From Parasitella parasitica NRRL 2501 (taxonomy: Eukaryota > Fungi > Mucoromycota): 64,000 nt of DNA. Positions within the stretch are counted from its first letter, which is position 1, and the number at the start of each line of letters is the position of its first letter. The notes beneath the pieces were generated by a model. It searched no databases and was not told the DNA's origin. It saw nothing but the letters and a program-made list of their open reading frames with translations. The DNA lies in assembly GCA_025201805.1 (NCBI GenBank), contig MU619272.1:134105-198104 (forward strand), given 5' to 3'. The position numbers and the translations under genes were made by a program. Of the stretch, positions 38,094-50,950 are shown one piece after another.

Positions 38094-38365
38094 GACTACA
38101 GCCACAGCCTCTGCTTTGCATCTAATAGAAATAATTCCAGATATCGTTGATGTGACAATCTACCAATAAATACCTTTCAAACCCTTTAATCATTGATTTT
38201 GACAGATCAAATGATGATGACCAAGTGCGGCGATCATTTAAATGCTACAAATGCAGGCTCGTGAGATAAAATAAACATATCACATATGCTTCTTTCTCAC
38301 AGATAAAGTACTGACATATTTGCTTCATCATCTTCCTATGATAATTTTTACTTTTAGTATCGCAA

Positions 38366-39140
38366 TGCCTAAAAACTTTAATCAAAGTTTCCATGTCGAA
38401 TCAACTGATCCCAGACATTTCCATAAAAAAAGAGGCCCATAAGCAAAAATCTCAGCTGCAAAGCGCAAGGCTATCATCAACAATGTGTTAGAGGCAGGCA
38501 GCACTGTTACCAAAGCAGCAAGCGAGTATCGTGTTGCCTTTTCAACTATAAACTCTGTCATGAAAGTTTATAACAAAGAGGGCCGAGAAGAGATCAAATC
38601 CAGAGGCATTTGTCATGTAAATTAACTATGAAATTTCTGAATTCATAAGAGATACTCTTGATAAGGATAATGTTCATACTTTACAGGATCTTCAGCAGAA
38701 ATTTTTCGAAGAATTCACGGTTGAAATATCATTGTCAACAATTCATGGACATTTGTATCACAAAATCTTGTATATTTTAAAAGCTGCAAAACCGTTGGTT
38801 GTCAAAAGAAACGATGAAGATAGCCATAAGCAACGAGACAAGTACGTCAATAAGTCCACAGCCAGTGTCATCAATTACAACATCAACTGTATCTTCGTTG
38901 AGGAAGCTGGCTTCAATAGTTTCCAGACCAAGAAATTTGCAAGTTCGGTAAAAGGCAAATCAGTTATCGTCTACAATCAGAAGGCGACCATTCTTGCCGC
39001 AATCTTTCATAACGATGTTGAGAAGATTAATGCAAATAGAGTACCTGAAGGAACAAGTGTAAAAATCTGTTGATTTTCTCAGAGTGTTGTCAGACTCAAT
39101 GAAGGACGAGACAATCCTACACTACAGTATAGAGCTTACG
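38366..39140 (+). mobile_element. Tc1/mariner-IS630-like transposase pseudogene
   Basis: HTH-like KAASEYRVAFSTINSVMKVYNKEG, second HTH TLQDLQQKFFEEFTVEISLSTIHGHL, and CIFVEEAGFN (degenerate F.DE.GF). Internal stops and frameshift; DDE core truncated. Confidence 0.75.
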
Positions 39141-40560
39141 AACAGGATCAATTAAAAAACTAATCGCTTTATTAAAAAAAGTTACTAGATCATATCTGCA
39201 AGCTTTTAAGAATAATAATACAGAATTTTTCGTTCCACAAGATGTTTAACAACATGGAAATCATAATTGTTGAAGCATCGAGGTAACAACCACATATGCG
39301 ACTTTCTCCTCAAGCCAATTCCTTTTTTGAATAGTGGGGAACTCCAAGAGAACACGGTACATACGATCGAAGATTGTCTCAAGTTGCGGAAGTGTGGCAT
39401 CTTCTTTCTGAGGAAAGAGACAATAATCTTAAATAAATTTTTGTCAATAGCTACGTTAAAAAGCTTAAGGTTTTTGCCATGCAAACCATTAAAAACCAAG
39501 TAACATTGCCCGTGCTATTATCTATGAATAATGATACAAGCTGGAAGTTTATAGGAAAACAAAGAGCAGCACTACCATCTTCCTGGGATGAGCGTATCAA
39601 AAGTTGTCTGTACAAAATACTTATTCTTTCATGATAGACATCAGATATTTGCTCGTAACTTTTGCTAGAACCGAGATCCAACTTGGAAAACTTTGCGTTA
39701 ACTTGCGGCTAACTGGCAAACACATTTGCATCGATGTTTTCATTGGAATCTAGAAAGTCATTAGCAAAAACCACTGATATACATATATATATATATGCTA
39801 TCTGATACGTGTTCGATAAAGAGCCAAATAAAGCCTGCTTTATCCTTCATTGAATCACGCATAATCATCGCTATCTGAGCATCCTACTTTTTCAATATCG
39901 TGAACTGATAGCCGCCAACTTTATACATTCAAATCCCACCCCACCCTAGCCCATTTCATTCTACTCTGATTTCAATTCTTTTTTCACATGAAGGACGCTA
40001 TTTGCAATGGCCAGCACTTGTCAAAGCTACTGATGGAAGAAAACTTGAGGCTAGCTTCGAATGATGACCCCACTAAGAACTATATTGAGAAGTGAACATT
40101 TGCTAAAGTAAATTGCATAGTATGTAGTTTATGGTATGAGATAGCGTGCAATAAAAAGGCTATTCAACCTGACTGTACACGTTAGAAGCTGTCTGAATCC
40201 AAATGAATGTATGAGCTCAATGCTTGTAAAGAAGACTGGAATCTTGTCATCAACTTGAAGATGCATACTGTCGGTGGTCTAAAGTAATGTACAAAGAGAA
40301 AAACTGTCAAGGAGAGGGATTCTTGAGAATAGTTGATACTTGTAACAGCGTCTATGTGGGGGGGGGGAAGGATTGTGAGGATTTTTCCGTTATATCAACG
40401 CAATGTTGCAAGTATGGTTGAATGAGGTATTTTTCTTTATTTGTGGCAATCTCTGAAAAGGTCCGATAACCCCTAGTAAAAAATACTATAAATACTATGA
40501 AAAAAAAAACAAAATGGGAGGAGCTTTTTCTTTTTTTGTTCTGCACCAACAAATTAAATC

Positions 40561-43500
40561 ATGGGCTCCCACCATCGTTCTGGAAGCAGACAAAGAAGCT
40601 TGTCCCCCGGAGGCAGTAGCAAAAGACAAAGACGCTCCTATAGAGATCGAAGCCGCTCTCGTGATAGACATCGCTCATCCTCCCACCGCCATCATCGTTC
40701 CTCGCGCTACGAAGATTCTCGTCACAATGACTCTCGTTATGACGATAGAGCATACCACACTTCTTCCTCCTCGTCTCGCCGTCATTACGATAATGTAAGT
40801 GTAAATGATAAAAGAACCCTTTCACGTGAGCCAACATCAAGAAAAGATGCTGTAGGCAACTCTTCAGCAGTATCGTCTACAGATACTCACACTGTAAGTC
40901 TATGATTTGCGCTTTTTGTAGGTTCAATTACTAATCCACTTGAACAGAAAACAGCCACAGTTTCAACGCCTGACTCTTCTGCCACGTCTACTGCGGATGC
41001 TGATGAAGCACTGCTTAAGAAACAAGAGCGAGTTCGTAAATGGAAGGAAGCAAAGCGATTGAAGGACGAGGAGGAAGCAAAGCAGAAGGCTGCTACACAG
41101 CAGGACGAAGAAGAAAAGAAAAAGTTGGCCATTGCTGCTGCGGAAAAAGAAGCAGAGGAGTTACGCCTCAAACAGGAGCAAAAAGAAGCGCTAGAGAAGC
41201 AAAAGCAAGAAGAAGCAGAAAAGAATCAGCAACCTAAAGAAGAGCCTCAGTTACTTCAACAGTTTGCAGCCATGAAAAAAGCTGCTGCTGAAGCCGCTGC
41301 CAAAGAAGAAGCCGAATCTGCTGCTAAAGAGGATGCTGACATGCAAGAAAATGGCAAGGAAGCAACTCAACATTCTGAAGAGAATGAAGAATCAGAAACA
41401 AATGGCAAGAAATGGAGCTTTGATGATGACTCTGAATCAGACGATGACAATGATATGGACGTCGATGGCGACGACAAGAAAAAAGAAGCCCAAGAGGAAG
41501 CTGCAAAAGCTGCCGAAGAAGCCGAGAGAACGTTCAAACCGCTTCAGTCAAAAGACGACGACACCAAAGAAGACGATGACTCTGTTTTGTTGAAGCCTAA
41601 AAAATCCTTCTTAATGTCTAACAAATCAACAAAACCTAAAAATGCTATGCGAATGGGGTTTGGCTTGGGAAAATCAAAAATGACAATGAAGAAATCTGCC
41701 CCGTCTGTTGCTCCTGCTGTAACTACCAAAGACATGCAAGTCGAAAAGAAGCCTGCCACGCCTGATCCTGTTGATACAGAAATGAAGGATTCTGACGATG
41801 TCGATCCTTTGGAGGCTTATATGCTTGATGTTCATGCTGAAACTAGAAAAATCAACGAGCAAGACAAAAAAAGACTGGTGCTGATGAATAGCAATAGCAA
41901 CAATAAGCGAAGAGGCTCGATTGTCGAGGAGGAGGAAGATGACGCTCCAACTAGGGATGCGAATGCTGAAGAAGAAGACATTGGAAGTGACCCTGAAGAC
42001 ATTTTAGCGTAAGTACTAATGAATAATATAGTTTTACATATATCTATATTGAGTATGTACTGATGCTTTATATGCTTTGTAGATTGGCGGCTAAAAAAGT
42101 GAAAAGAAAGGATATTGCACCTGTGGATCATAGCAAAATGAACTACGAGTTTTTCCGCAAGGACTTCTATATTGAACCACCAGAGCTAAAAGAAATGACA
42201 CCAGAGCAAGTTGAATTGCTTCGCATTGAATTAGATGGCATCAAAATTCGAGGCGTGAATTGTCCCAAGCCTATTACTAAATGGACTCACTGCGGCTTAC
42301 CTGCTGGCTGTTTAGAAGTTATCCGCAAACTAAAGTACGAGAAACCGACATCAATTCAAGCGCAAGCTATCCCTGCTATCATGAATGGTCGTGATGTTAT
42401 TGGTGTTGCAAAAACTGGTTCTGGCAAGACTATCGCATTTCTGCTGCCCATGTTCCGCCACATCAAAGACCAAAGGCCTTTGGAAGCAGGCGAAGGCCCG
42501 ATTGCTATCATTATGTCACCTACTCGTGAATTAGCAACGCAAATTCATAGAGAATGCAAACCTTTTTTGAAGATTTTGAATTTGCGAGCTGTTTGTGCCT
42601 ATGGTGGTAGCCCAATCAAAGACCAAATTGCTGATCTCAAACGTGGCTGTGAGATTATAGTGTGTACACCAGGCCGTATGATTGATCTTCTCTGTGCCAA
42701 TTCAGGTCGTGTTACTAATCTTCGTCGTGTTACTTATTTGGTCATGGACGAAGCAGATCGTATGTTTGACATGGGATTTGAACCTCAAGTCATGAAAATT
42801 ATGAATAACGTGCGTCCTAGCCGTCAAACCGTGTTGTTTTCTGCTACATTTCCTCGTCAAATGGAAGCGCTGGCTCGTAAAGTACTTAAAAAACCTTTGG
42901 AAATCACTGTTGGTGGTCGTAGTGTTGTTTGCGATGATGTGAACCAAATCGTGGAAGTGAGAGAACATGACACAAAGTTTGTTCGATTGCTTGAGATTTT
43001 GGGCGATTTATACAACGATTTTGGTGAGGAAGAGGCAAGCGCCCTTATTTTTGTTGACCGACATGAGGCAGCTGATAATCTATTGAGAGATCTCATGCGT
43101 CGTGGCTATATTTGCCAGTCTTTGCACGGTGGTAAAGACCAAGCTGACAGAGACAGCACAATCGCAGACTTCAAATCAGGCGTCACCAGCGTTCTTATTG
43201 CTACTTCTGTTGCTGCCCGTGGTTTGGATGTCAAGAATTTGAAAGTTGTCATTAACTATGAATGTCCAAACCATTTAGAAGATTATGTTCATCGTGTTGG
43301 TCGCACTGGCCGTGCGGGTAACAAAGGTACTGCGTATACATTCATCACTCCAGATCAAGACCGTTATGCAATGGATATTTGTAAAGCTTTAAAACTCAGT
43401 GGCCAAACAATCCCTCCAGACGTTCAGGCCTTGTCTGATGCATTCCAAAACAAAGTAAAAGAAGGTAAAGAACGAGCTTCTGGATCAGGCTTTGGAGGCA

Positions 43501-44221
43501 AAGGTCTTGAAAGATTAGACAAGGACCGAGATCTTGTCAAAAAATTCCAAAAGAAAGCTTATGGTGGCAATGAAGATGACTCTGATGAAGAAGAAATTGA
43601 ACTTCAAAGTACTGTTGTTGCTCCCGGCATCACCGCTGCTGCATCCGCTGCTGCTGCCGCTGCTAAATTAGTACTGGAGTCTGATGGCAAGAAGGATACG
43701 AATGGCAAAGAAGATTCCGGCGTATCTCCAGCTGCAATTGCTGCCAAAAAAGCTGCTGCAATGGTTGCGGCTCGTATTAATGCTCTTGGTGGCTCTTCCG
43801 CGACTAGTCAAATAGCTACTGAAGATGGAGAAGTTCGACCTGTGTATGCTGAAGAAATTGTAATTAATGATTATCCTCAGAAAGCAAGATGGAGAGTGAC
43901 AAATAAGGTAAATCAGAAAAGCGCATACGCTTGTTTTTTTTCTTTTACTAACATTGTGTAAATATATAGGAGCAAATTAATCAAATCACGGAAGTCTCTG
44001 GTGCTGCCATTACGACCCGTGGCTCCTTCTTTCCTCCTGGCAAACAGCCAAATGGTAATGAACGCAAGCTTTATCTGTTTATTGAAGGTGATTCCGAAAT
44101 GGTTGTTGAAAAAGCAAAGAATGAGATCAAACGTATTTTGGTGGAAGCAACGGCAGCACAAATGGAAGCAGAAGCAAGAGGTGGGGGACCTGGCGGTTCT
44201 GGTAGATACCAGGTTGTTTAG
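40561..44221 (+). CDS. PRP5: Pre-mRNA splicing DEAD-box helicase Prp5/DDX46
   Basis: RS-rich N-terminus, [57 protein letters not shown]. Confidence 0.96.
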
Positions 44222-44460
44222 CCCACAATTGCTCAATTATCAATCTCTCTTCTTTCCTTTTCTTCTAGTCTAATAAAGTTTTTTTTTTTTTTTTTCATCA
44301 CTTTCTTTGAGATGTAGGTCAAAGCACAGATGTTTAAAACCCTTTTATTCTTTCTCGATAATTATGATGGGAGGTATCTCAAACCACACAGCTTCAAAAG
44401 TGTACTATTAAGCAGGGCAATATGCTATTATGGAACATCAATACATAAAGCTTTATGTAA

Positions 44461-45389
44461 TCAATCAAGCCATAATTGCCATCCATGCACGGTCGAACGA
44501 ACTTCTTCGTCTCCAGGATCTGTCTCAAACATAACGCCCATTTTCTGTGTCATGAAATGGTCTACCTTGAATCCATAACCTATCAAATCTCTATCTTCAT
44601 TACACACATCATCACGCACTGGGCGTTGAGCAATATCAAAAAATTGTAAATCGCGATGAGCCAAATGAGGTCTATGATGAGTATAAAACACATAAGCACG
44701 CCCTGTCTTGGGTGTCAAAAGTTCACGGCATGTTTTGAGCATTGCATGATGTTGAGAATGGTTGAAAACGAGGTCACTCAAGATCAATACATCGTAAGTT
44801 TGCTTTCCATCTGGTAAATGAGAGCGAAGTCTGTCAGTAGCTGTGCCCCAAACATAGCCCTCCACAATGACAGGTAAACTCGGCGTGTTGTGTTCTATGT
44901 TGAATTTGATATTGTCGATTAATTCCGCATCCGGGTAGTCGGTAACAACTACCTTGGACGCACCGTTGAGTGCTGCAATCAGGCTAGGAAGAGCTCCACC
45001 AGCTCCTAATTCTAGAATGTATTTATCTTGGACAAGGCGAGGATGTGCATCGAAAAGCGAAGCAAATACTTTGGAAGCATTCCATAAATGATGAGCCCAG
45101 AGCGGATGAGATCCCACCAGTTTAATCTTTATCTCCTTAAAATCATCATCTATTAAAAAAAAAAAAAAAAAGAGTTGGTCATATGCATCAACTGGTACAG
45201 CTGTGTATGTATACCTTTGACGCTGTCTCTTGTATAGCATTCAAATGTGGGTTCAATTTGGGCTGTTTCGTTCTCGGATTCGGCCTAGAGATTTGTTAAT
45301 TTCAGTCGTTTAAGGTTTAACTCATTGTTTTACTTTACACCAAATAAATCACCAGCAAAGCCATCCTCTTCATCAGAGTATTGAGACAT
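44461..45389 (-). CDS. EFM7: Protein N-terminal/lysine methyltransferase Efm7/Nnt1
   Basis: LVGSHPLWAHHLWNAS, ILELGAGGALPS, VVTDYPD, LSDLVFNH, MFETDPGDEEVRSTVH. Confidence 0.88.
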
Positions 45390-45479
45390 TCTATTTTGTA
45401 CTGAAAAGGGCTCTCATCATGCAGAACAAATCTTTTAAAAAATTATAAATGATCATACAAGCCACGGCTGGGATTTTAT

Positions 45480-46933
45480 TCACTTGGGTGGTAGACACAG
45501 ACTCTCGAGTCTGTCTACCGTTAGTAAATGATGGTAATCTACAATGCCTTGAAACAAGGATTCATCCAGTTTGATGCCATTCAAAGGCACCCAGTCGATA
45601 TTTTTGACTAGTAAATAATTGAAAGTGGATGGCTTGTACCAAAGAGGTAGTATGAAAAACGCATCTTGAATCTGAACTTGCAAACAAATGCCTTCGTCTA
45701 TCGAGCCAATGGACCTTGCAACCACACTAAAATTGTATTCCTTGCCTACTTCTATCCCACTATCTAGCTTTAGCTGTAATTCTGATGATTCGGTATTTAA
45801 GGCAAGCAAAATTTGATTGCCAAAGAAAACAGGTTCTTCGGCATTGTTTTCTTGCCATGTCGTCGCTGCCTGTTTTTTCGCCGCTGATAAATCTTGACGG
45901 TACAATGGCTCAAATGCAGATTGCAAATATGCACTAATGTTTGGTGATAGCTTGAGTGCAATAAGCCAATCAATTTTTTTAAGGGAAAATGTATTGGTTG
46001 AACTAATCATTTGACCATAGTTCTCAATGACCATGTTAGCCTCTGTGAATGGCTTACCGGCACGTCTCAATGCAAGAATGGCAGCATTGTGAGTGTCAAG
46101 CATTGCTTTCACAGTCTTGTGTTCCCATTCCGGATTATATTTAGGGCTTGCTGGAGCCACACAAACCAGCTTCCCGGTTTTGATCAAACCTAGTGCTTTC
46201 ATTCTAACAAGATACTCTTTAAAGACACAGATATGAGATTGTCGATCATCCCACATGACGATATCGGTGAGTGACGGAAAATTATCCAGGATGTTGACGA
46301 TAAATGAAGTTTTGAAATGCAAGGTAGTTTCGAATACATTGGGTTCGTGATTAAACATGAGTCCACTGGAAGAATCGAGCTTGTTGGATTCAGGATCAGG
46401 GCGAAGGCCCACAATGTCAAATTCAAGTTCTTTGGAAGCTAGGATGTCGTCTATGAGGGCATGGAAGGGATGGTAACGTCGACCCGTCAACAGCACTGTT
46501 AAATGCGAGGGATTGGCCATGGATTCTTTCACTTGCGCTACAACATCTTCGTTCCAATATCGACCCCATGGATTATCTTTATCCAAATGCAACTGAAGGC
46601 TGCGGATATCACGCCACCATCCAGGACCTAGCAAATTCTCGGTGGTGATTGAGTTCACAAATGAACTATGCCAAATGTTAGGACTTAGTAGAGGGGACAA
46701 GAAGAGGGTCGAGTCGAAATCAAAGATATCCAATGCCGTAACACAACGCTCTGGTAGTCGCTTTGATCGATACAAGGGAGAGTTTTGTAATTGGCGGGAT
46801 AGAACCTCCTATATTCAAGCAAGAAAGGTGTTACAAATTATACATTGCCTTATGCAAGTATATGTTTTCTCACCTTTTCCAAGTCAGAGATTTCACTAAC
46901 ATTCATCCGCATGCTGCTATCTGTTATAAGCAT
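45480..46933 (-). CDS. HAD-superfamily 'Swiss Army Knife RNA repair-like' domain protein
   Basis: IFDFDSTLFLSP, GWW, WNEDVV, TVLLTGRR, FKTSF, MWDDR; probable short first exon from ATG 46933. Confidence 0.8.
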
Positions 46934-47125
46934 TCTTTATGATGAACAAGAGGAAAAGGTATGAAAATGACAAAAAAAAAAAATAATTGTGTTCAATGTT
47001 TTCTGTTGAAAGCCAGTTTTTTTTTACGCCCAAGGGTTCCGATCTTTTTAATAAACATTGAGAAAGACGAAGCATTTTGTGTAATAGCAGGCATTTACTA
47101 ATTGTTATAATAGGGAGGTTTCTTT

Positions 47126-48533
47126 TTAATGAGGCACGTCATTGTTTTTCATTTCTTCGGTTGTCATGGGAACAAAATTATCAACATCGACTCCTTTGGC
47201 TGCCAATTCAGCTCTACAATGAGAAGGAACAACCATGGGGATCAAATCTGTTTGTATCGATAACTCTGATGTGACATGTTAAACCCCTTCCTTCATGTAA
47301 TACAGTTTGTAGCTTACCATGACGTGTGAAGTTGAATAAAGGCGGCATTGGTTTTCCATTTATCATGACAACATCTGGTCTACGAAGTTCGTCAAAAAAT
47401 GGGTCGGCTAACGATTGAAAAGCTGTTAAACGTTGGAGAGGTTCATATTGTAATGTCTTAGTGACAAAAGCAATCGCATCATCGGGTGTACGAGGATAGA
47501 ATATTTTAGAAAATGGATGAGGTTTAATTTGAGGGAATCGGTGCTCAGTGTAGGAGGGATTCATAGCTAGTAGTTGCTCTTTAGTAGGTGTGCCCAATAC
47601 TTTAATGATTTCAACCAATTGATCTATTGCGCTTTCTCCAGGGAATAATGGTCTCTTTAACATCAATTCTGCCATAACACAGCCTGCAGACCAAACATCA
47701 ATGCTACATGTATAATTTGTTGCTCCAAAAATAAGTTCTGGTGCTCTGTAGTATCGAGAACAAATGTAAGAAACATTAGGCTCTCCAGCATGAAGCGCCT
47801 TTGCACTGTTTAAGGTTTAGTGAGAACAGTTAATCCAGCCTGGAGATCTACCGTACCTTCCAAAATCACAAAGTTTAAGTACACCAGTGTTTGGATCAAT
47901 CAGTAAATTTTGAGGCTTGATATCACGGTGACAAATGCCGAGTGAATGAATAAAAGCAAGGGCGCGCATTAACTGATACGTGTAAAGTTTAACGTAGAGC
48001 ATAGGCACAGGTTTACTAGCTTTTGCGTAATTACGTGAAGTGCGATATAGAGTTTCTGGAATATATTCTAACACCAAGTTGAGATAAACATCATCTTCCT
48101 TCATTTGATCGTGGCTATAAAAAAATGCCTTCAAAGCGACAACATTTGGGTGTCTCACACAGCGCATGATCTGTAATTCTCGATTCTGATTTCAATGGTT
48201 ACTAACACCTTCTTTCTCGCCATCTTCATCTCAATTTTGCGTACGAACCTTGAATCGCTTATCCTGGAATACCTTTTTGATGGCAACACTTTCTCCTGTT
48301 TCCACAACTTTGGCTTGATAAACAACGCCAAAAGAACCATTGCCAGCAACCTTGTAGGTTGTATATCTAAACGTAATATCTTTTCCCGTTCTACCATCCT
48401 TTGCCTGTTCTTCATGTATTTTGGTTGGATCACTATCACCACCTATACATGTGTATCAGTATTTCATGATCTCTCATTTATATTTTTCTTTCTTACCGGT
48501 AATTTTCATACCACTCATAGGTCCGTGTGCCAT
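47126..48533 (-). CDS. GSK3: Glycogen synthase kinase 3 family kinase
   Basis: [56 protein letters not shown]. Confidence 0.95.
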
Positions 48534-48819
48534 TGCTCGGGAACTATCTCTTTACACAAAATTATTCGAGAGGGAAGAAAGAAAAAGGAATTTATCTGTT
48601 TATTGACTAGTAAACCTAGAGAGGAGTAACCTTAGAGAGGAAAGTTAGAATAAAAGAAGTAAAAAAAAGCAGAAGAAAGGAAGAAGAGTAATGAAATAAG
48701 GAGGGAATTTTAAATGGAAATTTTTATATGGGTGATGATGGAGTAAACGAAAAATGGCAAAAGTTTATCAAAATAATACATCGTTACTTAGCAACAGACT
48801 ACCAATCAGTTAGAGGCGG

Positions 48820-49909
48820 TTATTTAAACGAAAGTGTGCCTTTGTCTACCATTTCGACCAAAACGTGTATCCACAGTGCAAATAAAAACATGTCCAAGGT
48901 GATGAATAATGGCTTGGTAAAGAACCATTCTAATAAACACATTCAGCTGCAAATCCATAAAAAAAAAGCCTGCTTTACCTCGGTCATTTTGGATGGCTTT
49001 GGTGGGAAGCACCATAAGTCTACAGCTATTATCTGCTCCTGCACTTGCCAGGTATTTACCCGACGAATTGAAGGCTAAGCTTGTGATTGCAAATCCATGT
49101 GCTTTATCTACTTTTAACAACGGCTTGTTTTTGTGGTTTAGATTTTTGCATAATTAAAGGAGTTTTAATTCATTTTGGTCTTACTTTTAATCCCTGAGCA
49201 TCAATGAACCCAATGCTCAGATCAGTTGATGCGTAAGCGAGAAGATCACCCGTGGAACTGAGCATTCTTTTTTTTAGTACTTTGTCCATCGAAAAAAAAA
49301 GTCAAACCGCCTTACTTTATGCTAAAACTTGTTATAGTTTTCCCGCTAATACCCGCTGTCCTTGCCTTGTGAACTGGATATTGATTGCCTTTTCTTTTCA
49401 AGTTCCAAGCACAAACAAATCCGCGTCCTCTCGAGGTTGGATTCACAATAGCGTACATAGTCTCTTCTCCTTTTAAAGTAACTCCATAGCTTAATGGATT
49501 GAATCAGTAAAGTGTGTTTCGATGCAGGTGCACAACTTACCGACAGGCACGAATTTCACATACTGTGTTTCTGTTTAATTTGGGGCTGTCAATCACCTGA
49601 ACCACCGTTCCATCCTGGATGGACAAAATGATTATTGCATTTGATGTAGCCACTGCTACATGCTCTTCTCTAATATCAATGTCGATGTCCTGCACATTTT
49701 TAAATCTTAAAGATGGGAAACATAATGTCCAATCTTGAGTCTTCAGCACAGAAATCTTTCCATCACTAAATCCTGTTACTAGATAATTGCCTGATCTACT
49801 AAATCGAGTGATTCTTTGATATTCTTCCATTAATTTGCATGTGCTTGTGGATAATGTTAATTTCATATGAAGTTTTCTATAGACAACAGTTGAAAAAAAA
49901 ATCATTAAC

Positions 49910-49979
<70 letters not shown>

Positions 49980-50422
49980 CAGTATCAAATATACGACAGT
50001 TTTGATTATTTCCTTCATGGATAGCATCTTCCGAGCTGTTTATGCCAGCTACTAACAAAGGCATCTAAACAAGTAGGTTAAATCAGCAAACGTTTACGTG
50101 AACAATGACTGCGCAAAGACATACATTGGGATGACAAGCAATTGACATTGGACAATCCTCCTTGTCAGACAATAACACTGTATCGATTTGCTCCAATTTG
50201 CGATTCTGTTCGTCTACTTTGAAGGATATCTACCCAGAAAGCGTTAATCACGCAACAAACCCCATCTTATCAACAATGTTAAATTACCAGATTATTCTTT
50301 ACGCCAGAGCGATTTGGTCCGCCTCCGCCGCCAGCAATCAGGATATCATCTGCCGTAAAATCGAGACCATATACTGGAAAATCGACCTTGCTTTTTATAA
50401 TTATTGGACGAACAACACCCAT
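48820..50422 (-). CDS. SEC12: Sec12/PREB-like WD40 Sar1 guanine nucleotide exchange factor with C-terminal TM helix
   Basis: DFPVYGLDF..ILIAGGGGGPNRSGVKN, LVAGINSS, YQRITRFS, KAHGFAITSLAF, LASAGADNS; last exon hydrophobic. Confidence 0.85.
49913..49979 (+). repeat. 67-nt poly(T) homopolymer inside SEC12
   Basis: Read directly. Confidence 0.95.
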
Positions 50423-50728
50423 AACAACAATTTTTATTTAAAATAACAAAGAAAAATATAGCGAAATTAGCATGAATAATGAATTATGGGGATTGTGGAA
50501 AAAACAAATTAATGGTGACTACGTGGTTCAAAAAGTGACACAAAAGGAGATTGTTCCCATAGCAACGGATTCAGGAACGAAATCCGCATTGTGCATTTTG
50601 ATTACATTTTGCCAAGTAACAAAGAAATTATTATAATATGGTACATAATGTGAGAATAATTTGGCCTGCATTGCATGAAATTATCCATTTTTGGAATAAA
50701 AATACATTAAGAGATGTTTTTTTTTTTG

Positions 50729-50950
50729 CTAGTTTTCATCAGGTTCAAATGAGGAGAGGTCTTCATCAGATGGAGTGCGGTCATATTCCGTTGCTGAATG
50801 AGTGTAGTAGATTGTGTCGACAGTGTAAAATCGAACTGATTTTCCACTTTTGCTGCCATAACTGTTTGTAGAACTTGTTGATCTTTTTCTGCTTAGATTG
50901 GTCTTAAGTTGAGTAGAGATACGACGCCAAGTACGAGAAATTGAAATCAT
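50729..50950 (-). CDS. 73-aa microprotein with PP1-binding RVxF/phi-phi/R-type motif
   Basis: AAAATG start context, single exon, motif KSVRFYTVDTIYYTHSATEYDR. Confidence 0.7.
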   Translation of the reverse strand: MISISRTWRRISTQLKTNLSRKRSTSSTNSYGSKSGKSVRFYTVDTIYYTHSATEYDRTPSDEDLSSFEPDEN

